Sequence record: DRR378314_1567
Strand: one strand, 5' to 3'
Length of the DNA stretch: 34,147 nt
Part shown: piece by piece, positions 1 to 17,493 of the stretch
Numbering within the stretch: position 1 is the stretch's first letter
How the letters are laid out: every line of letters starts with the position of its first letter
Notes under the pieces: model-generated
What the model was told of the DNA's origin: nothing
Database searches by the model: none
What the model saw: the letters and a program-made list of their open reading frames with translations, nothing else
Program-made: the position numbers and the translations under genes

Positions 1-48
1 GAAAAAATTTTAGTCCAATAAGGTTATCCCTGCGAATGCTCAACAATA

Positions 49-59
49 CCCTAACCCTA
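49..59 (+). promoter_or_regulatory. Telomere-repeat-like (telo-box type) motif CCCTAACCCTA upstream of the LMF gene
   Basis: Nearly two (CCCTAA) units about 150 bp upstream of the ATG at 212. The same 10-mer recurs in the DNAI7/MAPK promoter. Confidence 0.4.
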
Positions 60-211
60 CCTGGATGAGCAGCACAAGACGCGAACGGCGATGTCACCCC
101 TTGCGCTGCGCGCGCGTGAGGGAGTTCGAGAGCGTACGCGAAACGGCGGTCTCCCTCTTCGTTTGTTACCGAGCTTCTGCCCGCGTACCTACGTCGCAGA
201 CTGAGGTGTGC

Positions 212-3200
212 ATGGTACAGCCAGGGAGCAAGGACGATGAATGGGCAAGGGAGGAGCCGGTTGCGAAAGCAACTGCACCTGCTGTCAAGGCGGCGGAGTC
301 ATTTCGCGCAGCGCGGCACGTTCTACTGACAGCGCTTGCCCTGGTGTACACAGCGGCATTTGCCGCCGCATTCTTCCAGCTCGAGCCGCTCGTGGGATCG
401 AAGGGCCTTGCTCCAGCCTCGCTTTACTTTGATGCCGTTGAGCGGCAGACTGGCTCAAAGTGGGCCGCATTCAAGGTGCTTCCGTCACTTTTGTGGCTCG
501 ATTGCAGCGATGCTGCGCTACGCTGGCTGGTGGGCACCGGACTTGCGCTTGCGGTTGTTGCTGCAGTTGGACTGTGCCACCATGCATTGCTCTTTGGCTT
601 TCTATACTGCATACAAATGTCCATTATGAGTGCCGGTCAGGTATTTTACGGGTACGGCTGGGAGATCCTCCTTGCGGAGGCTGGATTTCTGGCGGTATTT
701 CTTGCTCCGGTGCGCTCGCGGACCTCGCTCGCCAGCAGCTCCGAGCCGCCTGTGGCAGTGCTGTGGCTGTACCGTTGGCTGCTCTTCCGCGTCATGTTCG
801 GAGCCGGGCTCATCAAGATCCGTGGAGACCAGTGCTGGCGCGATCTCACATGCATGCAATTTCATTACGAGACCCAGCCCATTCCGAATCCGGTGTCGCC
901 GCTGCTGCACTCGCTCCCGCCAGCGCTGCACGCAGCCGAGGTACTCGTCAACCACATTGTCGAGCTGCCCGCCCCCTTTCTTGTCCTTCTCCCATGTCGG
1001 CTCGCGCGCATGACAGGAGGTATAATCCAAATTGGGTTTCAAATCCTGCTCATCATCTCAGGTGCGATAGGACCTGCTCAGTATGCCCACAGTGCGCTCC
1101 TCCGCACACCGCAGTGCTCCGGCACTTTTGCACGAGCGCTGCACAGTGTGCGCCGTTGCCGAAGTCGATTCTCAGATGGTTGCGGCCACTTGCAGGCTGG
1201 TTCAAGCGCATTCGCCGTTCGCGCAGTATAGCGGCGCGTCCGCTAGTAGTGAACCCTTTTTTCCAAATGTGGTTTCGTGATTAGCAGGGGAAGGACAGTG
1301 GGCCGGATGTGACGCTGTCAGTGGCGCGCAACTAATCCTTGGTCTTGCTGGTTGTGCTTCTCAAATGCGCGCACGTCATCGTAACGGCCAACATTCTTCG
1401 ACCAGGGAATCTGAGCTTTCTCAACTACCTCACGATCGTCTTGTGCTTCAGCTGCTTCGATGACCAAGCGCTGGGCTGGGCAGTTTCTTTACAACGGAAA
1501 GGCATATATGACCGCCACGATCCGCGGAGCGGACGCGCAGCGCGCGCGACCAGGCGAGCTTGCACAGCCGCTCTGGTGGTGACTGTGCTGTGGCTGAGCC
1601 GCGCGCCCGTCGAGGTACGCGCTTCCCCAAACGTTGCCATCGTTTGGAATCGCTGCACACGAGCTCTCGTGGCGATTTTTCTTCTATTGTACTTCACCGT
1701 ACAAAGAGAATCGCGCGTAGATACGCTGCGATGGCGAACGGATAAGGAGCGGGGGGGTGAGGGCCACGGGCTACGAAATTATGGGCACCCCTCCACGCGC
1801 GCAGCTCTGCGCGCGGTGCGGGTGAGCAGTGGCCTCGCGGCCTGTGGGAAAGGAAGACGGGCCGCGAAGATTCGTGGCATAGAAGATGTTTTATCCGCCC
1901 AGTGTACGAATGATTGACAATGTCAACTTTGCGTGCTACACAAAGGCTGTTGTTGTAGGATGGACCACGCGAGCCATTCCGAAAGCGACGGTTTCTTCTG
2001 CTAGAGCTGCGAGAAACGATGGTCTGACGAATCGCCCTGGTCCGCTCGTTGCTTTTCCCTGCTGCACCTGCGCAGAACATGATGTCGCCCGGCCAAGTGA
2101 TGAACACTTCTTTCGACCCATTTCATATTGTGAATACGTATGGTGCATTTGGTTCCATTGGAAGGGATAGGTTCGACGTCATTTTGCAGGTGCGCGCCAT
2201 CATCGACTGTGCGCCGCTTTTGCGCCTCTGGTGTGCGCAACAGCAGCCGTGCCTTGCCGCTTCCAGTACTGGGAATGACACGATTCCCCCCCCAAAAAAA
2301 AAACGCTGCGATGCGAATGACGTAACACCGTGTGCAGGGAACCTCGTCCACCGATCCTAATGCGAATGCTTCCGAATGGCACGAGTACGTTTCACGCCAC
2401 GCGGCGCGCGGGACGGGAGTAGCAACGCACAAGTTTACGAAACTACAGCAGCCTGTGCGGTCTGCGTCGCTCGGTCGCCAAGGAGCGAGAACGCCCCAAT
2501 GTCTAGCAACCGCGGATGCCGAAATGTCCTGAGACTGCCACTCACAGAGTTTTTTTTGAAGAATCAGAGAAAGAGCACGCCGTCGTATACGGAAAGCGAC
2601 GCGTAGGCTTTGTTCCTGCAATATCGCGCTTGCTGACCCCGCACCGCCTATGAACGCCTCCCGCGCGGTCGGTGCACCACAGGTTCGAGTTCCCTTGCAA
2701 GCCCGGAAATCCCAATCGGCCGCACTGTGTTGCCGCTCCGTTTCACTACCGCCTCGACTGGCAGGTCTGGTTTGCGGCAATGCAGAACTACGCTCAGGTA
2801 TGCGACTGAGGTTGATCGCAATGCCCCCCCCCATATTCGCCCTCCCAATGTGATCCGAGAATGCTCTGAGAAGACGCAGAGAGGTGAGGGTGGAGCAGTG
2901 CACCGGAAAGGATTCTTTCGTCGTGCGGGTGGAGCGCTGCGTCCTCGACGCCCTTTTTTCGCTGGGTGATGCCGTTGTGTGCTGCATTGCACGTACCTGC
3001 ACAGCTTCCCCCCCCCATATTTCGCTTTACAAGCCCTGTGCTCACTGGGTGGTGCTCTGTCGCGCTGGTATAAACGGGAACTTTTTTGTGCAGAATCCGT
3101 GGCTGGTTCACTTGGTGGCAAAGCTGCTTGCTGGGTCGTCGCAGCACTACGCACTTCTCAAGTCTTCCTCGCCCTTTTCCGCCGACTCTCCCCCGCGATT

Positions 3201-3677
3201 CATTCGTGCGCAACTGTACCGAATGAATTTTGCAAAGTACGTAACTTTCGTACCCTTTCGTTTCAAACATGATCCCTTAGCTCGCGTTTGTGTGCGCTAA
3301 TGATTGACTCAGTGCGAAGATGAAGAATCGGATTCTGAAGCTTTTCTCTCAGGATATGCCCCAGCGTGCCGCTCTGCCGTATTTCCCACTGCAGCTTCGT
3401 ACCTGAGCTTGCGAATATCGCCGCGATTGGGAATCACGTGTATAGTCCTTTTTTCAGATGATGTACCAATATCGTGCTTTTATTACAGTATTCTGACTGT
3501 GTATCTACGCGCTGTTCGGTGACGTGGGATGCTCCGGTGCGAAACGGCAGTGCTGGTGCAGCGCCGTACTGGCATCGAGAGGCGGTTCGCGAGTACCTCC
3601 CAGCGCTCAGCCTCGACAACAAGAGCTTGGAAATTTTTTGCAAGGCGTACGGATGGATTTGGCCTCCAGAAAAATAG
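212..3677 (+). CDS. LMF1: Lipase maturation factor family ER membrane protein, 7 exons, ~534 aa
   Basis: Exons 212-1061, 1406-1614, 2076-2189, 2338-2384, 2683-2797, 3094-3236, 3551-3677 join in frame (1605 nt), all GT-AG. LMF motifs: FYGYGWEILLAEAGFLAVFL, WLLFRVMFGAGLIKIRGDQCWRDLTCMQFHYETQPIPNP, ISGNLSFLNYLT, IVNTYGAFGSI, EFPCKPG, PFHYRLDWQVWFAAMQ, NPWLVHLVAKLL, PPRFIRAQLY. The last acceptor (3551) is the least certain junction. Confidence 0.93.
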
Positions 3678-4062
3678 GAGACAATGGTTTTGGTATCAAT
3701 ACATCAGTACTTTGGAACTCGTGTTCGAGTGGGGTGATCGTGCGCAGCAGAAAGCTGCCGCCACGAGAACAGCTGCAAACGGCAAAGTAGCAGTAACTTG
3801 CGGCGATGGGCTCCGCAGCACGCCTCCCAGCCCAGCGCTCTCGACACAAAATCCGTACCATTTCGCTGATTTCTTTTACTTTGCAACTCCAACGGTAGCG
3901 AAGATCCCGGTATGTATATCCTGATGTATTGATCGCGCTTGCCGTGACTTGGAAAATGGAAAACCCTGTTGGCCTATCTTCGGCAACACTATTCTGACTC
4001 AAGTACGAGTATTCCGCGCCTGTTCGCAAGTGCATCCACTTCAGCAAGGTGAGAGATACGCA

Positions 4063-7000
4063 CTACGCTGTAAATGCAAGGACACGAAGTTGGTCTAACA
4101 AGTCTCGTAGCGTCTCTGTAAAGCTTGGCGACGTCGTCCCGAGTTCATCAGCTATTTCCGCGTTGAGATCGCGCAGAGAGTGCAAGAGCGCACAGTGCGG
4201 CTGAACGAACAAGAAACAAAGAAAAAAAAACAGTGTGCGAGCAACATTCGTTCATACCATTGGCGACCATAACGAAAATCATTCGGAGACGAAATCCAAG
4301 ATGATTCCCTTCTCTCGGATAAAGCGTGAACGCGCGCGTTTCCCGCGCAAGAAGTGCCGAGCGACTGGCAAGCGCTGTCGCTGACGTCCCTCTGGATACA
4401 CTCGACAGCACCCACTCGTTGCCACAATGGGCTAGCGATAAGCCCAGGAATTTACCATGCACCGGCCAAAATCGAGAAAATGAAGATGCCTCTACTCATT
4501 TTCGTACCTCGAGTCCCTCAGTGGCGGTAAGATTCAGCTCCGTGTCAGACTCGCGCATCGAAATTAAGCGCGACGAAAGGTGCTGGAAATACACGAGCTG
4601 CCAGTCGTCCTGCTCGGTACGAATGTATAGCACCCACATTGTAACCGGAGTGAATTCCAGGGAGCGCGCGTTGTTGCTCAACAATGAACTCCTCGTTCTA
4701 CCACATTAGAGGGTAAGCGTTGTACGATATTATCGGAATCGCATGTAGAACACGGGGAGAAGCGCTGCCAGAACAGAGGAGCTGGAGGCCGTGGACTTTG
4801 TCGCGTAGCCATGCGCGTAAGAACTCCGTCGAAGCCGCTCACACAGCAGCGATTCTCATTATCCAATTCTCTTTCTCCTTACTCATTTTTCTCATCCCGC
4901 TCATTATTCCACATCAGAGATGCGAGAAAGACGAAATCGCCCACTATCCACTAGGATAAGGAGGGGACGGGAGAGCTCTGTCCAGCGACAAGAATGTGTT
5001 GCACCTTTCCCCCTGCAGGACGCCCGGCGAGCAACACGATGTATAAAGTACACGCACCTCTTTCGGATCGGGAACGCCTTCGCCCTTTACCACTTGTTTC
5101 ACACGAAAAACATACGCGTCGTGTTCTTTGCATTTCTACATAGCGTCAATACATGAAAGGGATGGGCCAGTTTGGGGGCATGAGCTCGCGACAAGAGTTT
5201 GACACGAGGCGATCGGACTGCGGCGTGGCATCACAGTAATATGCGCAAGAACCCCTGCTCCGTGACTCGTCCGGACACAGGTTCCTATCGTGGTCATTCT
5301 CCTCATCCGTTCGATGAAAACGTACAGAGTTTACTACACTCGAAGCTACTGCATATCGAGATGCGATCCGGGAAATGTTGTAATGGACTTCTCGCTCGAT
5401 ATCTCCATTCTGCACAGCGACGGCAAAAGCGACGGTGCGGCAGCCTGAAAGAAGGATCGAACAGGAGGCGTTTCCGCCAATGATCGACAACCCGTCGAAT
5501 GCGCATTGCAAACGTGTCGAATCCAGCCCAAACACATGAAGACACCGCACTATGAATGCGCAGAAACGAAACGTGTTGTGCTGGAAATATGCTGGCAATG
5601 CTGCATGGAAGCCTTCTCGCCTGTGGGTGAAATGACTTTCCTGCGAGTAGGAGGATTGGTGTGTGTCGAAGTACTTTCCGTTGCCGCGCACAACCTCCCT
5701 TTGCGATCGCGTACCTTGCCCAACAGTTTTGGCACCTCTGCTTCAGGCACATGCTGTGCCATTAGGAATATCCCTCGATACGCAAGCTTGCGTAAGAGAG
5801 CGCGTGGTCTGTGCACGTGTGGCATCGAAAACAGGTATCATATGCTTACACGTTGTGACAAAGGTCGCACTGGGCAGAAACAGAGCCGCGGTGGCCGCGG
5901 CGGAGGAGGGGGCGCGCGCGTCGATCCCGCGACCATGGCACAGCAGCAGCGATCGCTATTACGCCGCTCAAAGAAATCAAGCAGGTGTCATTCAGAACCA
6001 AATGCACAGACCAAAATCCCATGCAACGTTTAGAGACTCAATTTTGTAGGGTCAGGCCTGTGGAAGCTCTAGGGCCTGCCCCCGTGGTGTGGTGGGCAGC
6101 GTATCGTGCATCTGCCCGTGAGCGTGGACCCCCGTGCGCCCTCGCTGAGGCATGACATCGACGAAACCGCCCCACGCAAACATTTGTGCGAGGGCACGCC
6201 AAAACGGACAGTACGCACCTTTCACAAGCCTCGCGATATGGGGCAAATTCTTCGGTGAGGGGCTGGATAAGGCTGATGCCTTTCCTGCTGACACCGAATC
6301 CCACTGTGAGATCGCTTGCACTCTTCACATACACCTCGGCACTGCGAGACACGGCCGAATCGCACGTGATGGACAGGATCGGCCGTCAGACATGGCCGTA
6401 GAGAGACAAACGGGGACGTGGAAAACATTTTGCATCCTTCAATTATGTGTTGCGGAAGACGCAAGGTCAGGAGGCGTCTGAGGTCCCTCGGACCACTTGG
6501 ACAAGGCACTTGGCGAGCAGAACTTGACTGACCTTTCGTTTCCGGAGGGAACTATCGACCACTCCTGATACGGAAAACAATGCAACCTCGACTGTACGAC
6601 TGCGAGGTCGCGAAGCCGAGTAGTTTGGAATCGCACTGTCCGTGTAGACCCTTCGTAGCGAAGGTCACTGATATCGTCTGCAGAACCGCCATTCTCTGAA
6701 GAGTGCAGAGCGAACCGTGCAGTAGTAAAAGGCCGAAACGTCGATGCAATTGTGCGATTGGCAGCACGACAGCATGGTGCAGCACAGACTGCGGCCCTTC
6801 GGCTGCGCGCTTCACAACCCGAACAGCGAATACTCGCACATGTGGAGCAATAGTGACGCATAGATAGTGGCACGCCGACAGAGACACAACTGCATAGACG
6901 AATAAATGCCCACGGGACATAGTCGTCGTTTGTTTTCGTTTTGTACGTCTCATGAGTGGTGTATGGCACAGCTGGGGGGAATCCACGGGCGTGATCTGAG

Positions 7001-10000
7001 CCACGTACCTACATTCTCGCCGCCGATGCACGGGAGAATGTCGGCGAGGAGAACATCAGGAGGGATCCTGATCGATACTCTGGGAAAAGGAACGGCAGTT
7101 TGCGAATCAGCATACATGCCAAAAGGCTCGCGCTTACTACTATCATAATTACACGGAGGGGTTGAATGAGCGTTTGGTAGCTGGTGGACTCGATGAAGGA
7201 GTCGACAGAGGTTTCACGTACCCAAATGGCGGCGCTTGCGCACCACGTCCCGGTGCGCTTGGATAAGCTGCTCCAGATACACCATTGCGGAGAGCAGAGT
7301 CAGTGTGCTGCGCCGGATTCTGCACCGTGAAAACACTGACAAGCAACCGTATCAAAGGGTACGTTGTTGGGAAGGTAACACATCTTAGCAAGCTCATTTC
7401 GCATGAGCCCAGGGGAAGAGCACAGGTTTGGTGTCCTCTTGCGCTTGACATCGCGACTGGGAGCGAAGAGGCAACACAGAATCGTATCGTCAAGGCGACG
7501 GCCGGGCTTTCCCACGAGTTTTCCGTCCACATAGTACTCTTGCACGCCTACACACAAATACGATTGTTAGCATCCAATCATACCTGGGAGCAATAGGAGG
7601 AAGTGGATACGGAAGTTCATGCAGTTCTCCTACCTTGGCAGGCAGTGGTCGTAGCCGCCATCTGCGACCGAGGGCGCGCAACAAGCAAAAGAAGATCGCA
7701 ACACTGAGAAGATGAGAAAGTACAGACAGGAACACCAGACTGCGTACGAGATGAACACAAAAAGGCGTTGGGCGGTCTCGGTGCTTGTATCGTGCAGTCG
7801 GTTTTGCGCACTCTTCAAACGGGCACCTGCAACGCAGTGGTGGGAAACCGCCAGTGCGCGAGTGTGCCTCTTTCCCTCGGGACGTCGACGCTACAGGTGC
7901 ACTTCACTGTGTACTGACCCTCCAACAAGCACTGGCGGCGGTGGAAGCGCGATGAGCTCAACATGCACGCGATTTCCAACAACATGATTTCTTCCAGCAG
8001 CGTTTAGCTGAGGACTCCTGTATAAACGCAAGATCAAGCGAGGCGTAGAAAACGAGATATTAGCAGCAGCGGACAGCAGCGAAAGCAATGTGTTACGGCG
8101 CACGCCAGTAGGAGCTAAAGGAATCGTTGGGAGAATGTGCGCAGTAAAGAATCGGGCATGGTACCTCGCTGTTTGTATGAGAAATCAACTCCCCCCCATT
8201 TTAGTATATCTTCTGCAATTCCGTATTCCGCTTGCTGACCTCTTGCGCGGGAAAACGTCACGAGGTGCAAGTTCGGTGCGCGGTAACGCTGCTACATCAG
8301 ATTCCGCTTCACCACCGTGTCATACCTCTCCACCAGTAGTCTCACAGCAAAGGAGTAGCTTGCCGCCATTATTGTTTTAGGAAGTTCCACAGATATTCCA
8401 AGCTCATCTACAACGATCAAGAAAAAATAGAGGAAGTGGGAGCCGACATTTTGCAGGTCGTCAAGGAGAAGAAAGGAACTGCTGCTGCGCTGCTTGGCTG
8501 TGACTGTGCCACACCGCGTTCGCCGATCCCTTGACCTTATTCCCGCTGCACACTTTGAAGCGTTGCTTCCCGTACCGATCGCAACAGTGCGGAGCCGTAG
8601 CCTCCCAGCACCAGCTTGATGAACAAAAATTGCAAACGCCGTGCGGGGCAGCAGGACTTGCTTTGTCACGGACGTCCGATCTCGAGGATCAGCACCTTCG
8701 CCGGGCGGTTCTGCGCGTTGCAAGTACAGAGCGCGTAGTACCGGAAGAGTACACTGAATTTAGGAAAACAAAACATACAAGCCAGTCATCATATGCTTTT
8801 TCCGTATACACCAAGAAGTAAAGGAGTAGTATACACGACTGAAATACGAAACGGCGCAATCGGTATCGATAGAGAGGATATGCGGAAGAACTTGTCGCAA
8901 TGCTCGGGAACGATCCGCACGGTTCCTTGGCTGCTCCGGGGAACATCGTCACGTGCTTTTCTCTGTCCTCGGTTCTTTGCTACAATGCAAGGAAGATGTA
9001 GGGTTCTTACAGCTCTTTGTTTTCATTGTTATATAGTTAAGCATTTCTCTGCAATATACTTTCGTCTTGTGGGTGAAAGGCGTGATAAACGTTTCCCTTT
9101 TCGACGAACCATAGGAGGTCAGGTACGCCATCGTTACTTCGTCCAGCCTCCGGCGGATGTTTTTGGCGAGTCGATGGCGAACCGCTCTTATTCTATAACC
9201 GCAAAAGGCAACGAACCGTATTTATAAATCAGAGACAAGAATTCGGGGATGATGCTTATATAATGGTGGATTATTATTTCTGTTGGGGTGTTTCTGAACC
9301 GAAAATGCTGCCGCAGCACGTACTGGGTGAGAGTATGTCAGTTTCGCGAACGTGGTAGTACGCGTACAATGGAGAGACTTCCTACCGCGGTGGCGCGTTA
9401 AAAGGCCCCAGCAAACGCACGTATTCACCCGATCCTGTTGACCAAGTTCTTCCACGAGAGCTTCTTCCTTCTCAAGAGCAATCAGGAGCTCTTCTTCTTC
9501 TTTTATGATCGCCACACCCTTAGCAGGAGTGGCGCCACGAGTCCCAGCAGCAAAGCGAAAAAGAACCAACATGCACTGTCAAAACAGTCGCGCAGTTCGA
9601 ATGCCCCTTGACCGCCATGTCCCCATGCACTCACACCATCAATAGGTCGATGACAATTTCTATACAGTTTTCAAAGAGAGGTAATCATAAAAAAGGTTTG
9701 TTTCTTATGACGGACAATCGGTGTGGTTCTTCCCGAGGGACGGGAGTCCAGGTCGCTGCCAAGCAGGTTGACGTACATCGGCAAAGGATTTATCGAAGCT
9801 GGTCTCAGTCTCCCACTGCAGCAGCGCCGTATTGAGCGCTGCTTCGTCGCTTGGATCGGGGGTGCGAACGCAGTTCCGAAAGGCTTCCCACCGCACTGCA
9901 CATCCAATGGAACCCATAAAAGCAGGAAATGACAAAAAAATACTTATCAGAGACGTGAGCGTGGATCTCACGTGCCCCGTCAGACGCTTGGACGGACTAC

Positions 10001-11907
10001 AAGGGCAGTGTTCGCGTGCTCGCAAGGACGCAGCGACTCCCTGTGGCTCTCACGCAACCAATTTACGTCATTCAAGTATACTTACCAATGGATAGTACTA
10101 TCTATTTGGCCCGCTATATACTTGTTCCTTGTTTCTTCCCTTACGAATGCAGCAGGGGTTGGTGAGGTGGCGCACAAGCACGGCGCTCAACGTACATGCA
10201 TCTCGCTCCTCCTGGAGTTCGGTAAGCCGCTGCTGACACCGTGCGTCACGGTCCCGCAGAGTGGCCGATATTTCTCCTTGAAGGCGCTTCTCTCTGGAAT
10301 ATCCCGTACCAACACAACACCATGCCAATGAGCATAGAAAGAAGGTTTCTCTATGAAAGACGAAGGGGGATGTTGGCCGCCATTGCCATTTCACTGATCA
10401 GAACGGAGCGCTTTCGATCATGAAAGCTGTCGCACGCCGCTTGCCCGCTCCACTGTTCGTGCGACCGTTCCTGCTGCGCAGAAGGGACGAGCTTTCTGTG
10501 CTGCAAACTATGCAATGTACAAACAGAGCGCTGGAGGAGCAATACACGGGAAACGCAAAGCTTACTCTTCCTCTTTCTGTCTCTTTCGTTCTTGTTCCTC
10601 CGCAAGCTCTCTCGCGCGTCGCTCCTCTTCCGCACGTCGTTGCTGTTCCAGCTCCTCCTGTCGCTGACGCTCAGCTTCTTCAGCCGCCAGAGCTGCGTGT
10701 ATTTTGCACGTAAAACAGATTATGTTGAGTATAAGGTGTAAATACATCATATATTCCCACAACGCTCATTCGTTCCTCTTGCACAGGCCTGGTGGCGACA
10801 GCACTGCGCCAGAGATTGCTAGCCCTGTGCTTGTACAAGTCAAGTTCCGTATTCACGCGGCGCTCTTGACATACTTCGAAGCCTCACACAATCGTTTACA
10901 ACGATAGCATTCTATGCAAGGAAAAAAGTGAAAGATTTCTTCGCAAGGCTTTCTGTGTCTCTCTACACAGTGGGGAAGCTTCCCTATCTCTCGCAAGAGA
11001 AGCATACCAAGCTCTTCTTCGCTCTTCTTCTTCGGTTTTTTCTTTCCTTTGGCGCTTCCTTTCCGCGGAGGCTGCTTGTTACATTTCCAGCATGCAATAT
11101 GAAGACCACAGTGATAATGTACTGAGAAAGGCCACAGGTGCAGCAAGTTTCGCCCTTTCATTTGGAAGGCGAGCGTCTCTCTTTGTTTGAACGAAAGATT
11201 GGCAACAGGTGACTGTGGATCGGGCATGCAGCGAAGGTGGATTTTGCTGGGTAGTGTGAGCTTCGTTTGGCGAGCCGCTCGTCCCATGCTTCCTGAATGA
11301 AACTGCTCCCGCATATATCAGGATTGCCTTGCTGCAACAAAGAGAACAAGGTCCATCCATGTGCGTATCCTACATTTGTAACGAAACTATGTACTCTTGT
11401 GTGCTCCTTGTGGAGCGAAGGGGCGCGCGGTGGCCCTGCTGTCCAGAGAACTGCAAGGGTGCCAGGGTCTCAACAAGCACGACCGAGTCCGAGCTCGTTG
11501 CCCCACGCAGCGCACGTCAGGCAAGCCTTCGCGGTGCTTAGCCATGGAAACTCATCGACAGACACAGATATCGCAAAGCTCTAGAAATTTCCACAGCTAT
11601 CTTGTGCGACTCACTTGTTCTTTGGCACCTGCCACTGGCCTGCTGTTTCTGCACAACCAATGGAGCTGTACAAGCCGCTGCGAGCCGCTGCGAGCCGCTG
11701 CGCTGCGCGCTTGCTCTGCCTTGCAAGCGGCAGGAGGCTTGCATCTTGCTGCAAGTGTGCTGCAGAGTTTGCAAAACTGTAGAGTGCGAATGAGAATCGT
11801 GCATTCTTTTAACAAGTTTGAGCTCCTTCCTGACTTTCGCACGCATAGAGGGAACAGTTGTTCCGCGTGCCGCGCGAGTACTTCCAGAGACCCTTTCATC
11901 TTACCAT
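4063..11907 (-). CDS. DNAI7: Dynein axonemal intermediate chain 7 / CASC1 / IC97 homologue, 20 exons, ~650 aa
   Basis: Minus-strand exons 11907-11905 (ATG only), 11071-11008, 10692-10566, 10293-10196, 9895-9777, 9518-9421, 9192-9110, 8710-8576, 8407-8326, 8017-7919, 7661-7584, 7335-7222, 7079-7009, 6695-6533, 6341-6219, 5808-5715, 5409-5326, 5135-5058, 4609-4508, 4200-4063 join in frame (1953 nt), all GT-AG. The protein has a Lys-rich N-terminus (MPPRKGSAKGKKKPKKK), an E/R coiled coil, then WEAFRNCVRTPDPSDEAALNTALLQW (cf. CASC1 W..Y..C...PDP....MNTF..LW), GISVELPKTI, VHVELIALPPPP...GW, FPYQEWSIVP, DDWQLVYF and C-terminal LLDQLRVLAF, colinear with CASC1 as recalled. Confidence 0.88.
11673..11702. 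repeat. Perfect tandem repeat (AGCCGCTGCG)x3 in DNAI7 intron 1
   Basis: Three exact 10-bp copies read directly from the sequence. Confidence 0.85.
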
Positions 11908-12532
11908 CTTACAAGGGTCAGCGCTCGCGCGACGAGCACTCGGGCTGGCAGCTAGGCGCTTTTGAAGACGGAAGGAATGTCCTTTTCTCTCTTGTTAAAC
12001 GAATTTGAAGACTTAATTCCACAGGGAAATGGGGCGATACAGCGCAGAGTGCTCCCTCCCTGGGTAGGCACCTGGTGTTTTGGGACAACACTGCCGCGAG
12101 AGCGAAAACCGGCGCAGGTTCGCGTTTCGCGAGAGGTCGCCAGCGATTGCAAAAAGGCCGTCAACGCCCGGAGAAGAGAGTAACTGCATGGAACCCCTGT
12201 TCGCCAACAGAAACGCGCGCTTCGGCCCGATCGACTAGGGTTAGGTCTGGTGGCAAGTGTTCGCTGTTCTGCGCTGCAAGTTCATGAAATACGAAGACTC
12301 GCGTTGCATCTAAATATATCGTACGTTGAGTCCGCAGCACTTCAGCTGAGTGCCGACCGGCATGGAGCCCCAAGGCATTTCTGCGTGCGACCTGCAGCGC
12401 GCGCGTTGCACGTTCTTCCGCGACCACAGCCGTGCGCTCCGTCGCTCTCTTTCCGCGGTTTTCGTCCACCGGTTCTCTCCATATTCTTTCCGGCTCACCA
12501 TTTCGCTACACACCGAGTAGCAGTATTTCAAA
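11908..12532. promoter_or_regulatory. Divergent (head-to-head) promoter region for DNAI7 and MAPK, containing TAGGGTTAGG at 12236-12245
   Basis: 625 bp separate the two outward-facing ATGs (11907 on -, 12533 on +). Confidence 0.6.

Positions 12533-17493
<4,961 letters not shown>

Noticed and set aside
1-70. Chromosome end, or yeast RRPE/PAC-like motifs (GAAAAAATTTT, GATGAG)
   Set aside because: Under two telomeric units and not terminal; the short motifs are imperfect and could arise by chance.
2001-3002. 333-aa minus-strand ORF
   Set aside because: It is antisense to LMF exons 3-5 and has no recognisable protein features.
3456-3500. Box C/D snoRNA-like pair (ATGATG...CTGA) in LMF intron 6
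   Set aside because: Too short (~45 nt) with an imperfect C box; CTGAC is better explained as a branch-point-like sequence.
3519-3550. Possible GT-AC intron end before the LMF last exon
   Set aside because: The canonical CAG at 3548-3550 is in the correct phase.
7285-7302. Apparent non-canonical AA acceptor (CTGAC...CCGCAA|) for DNAI7 exon 12
   Set aside because: A canonical in-phase CAG acceptor at 7336-7338 gives the same reading frame, so no non-canonical splicing is needed.
11538-11551. RFX X-box-like TTAGCCATGGAAAC in DNAI7 intron 1
   Set aside because: The left half-site mismatches the GTTNCC consensus, and the presence of RFX in this lineage is unknown.
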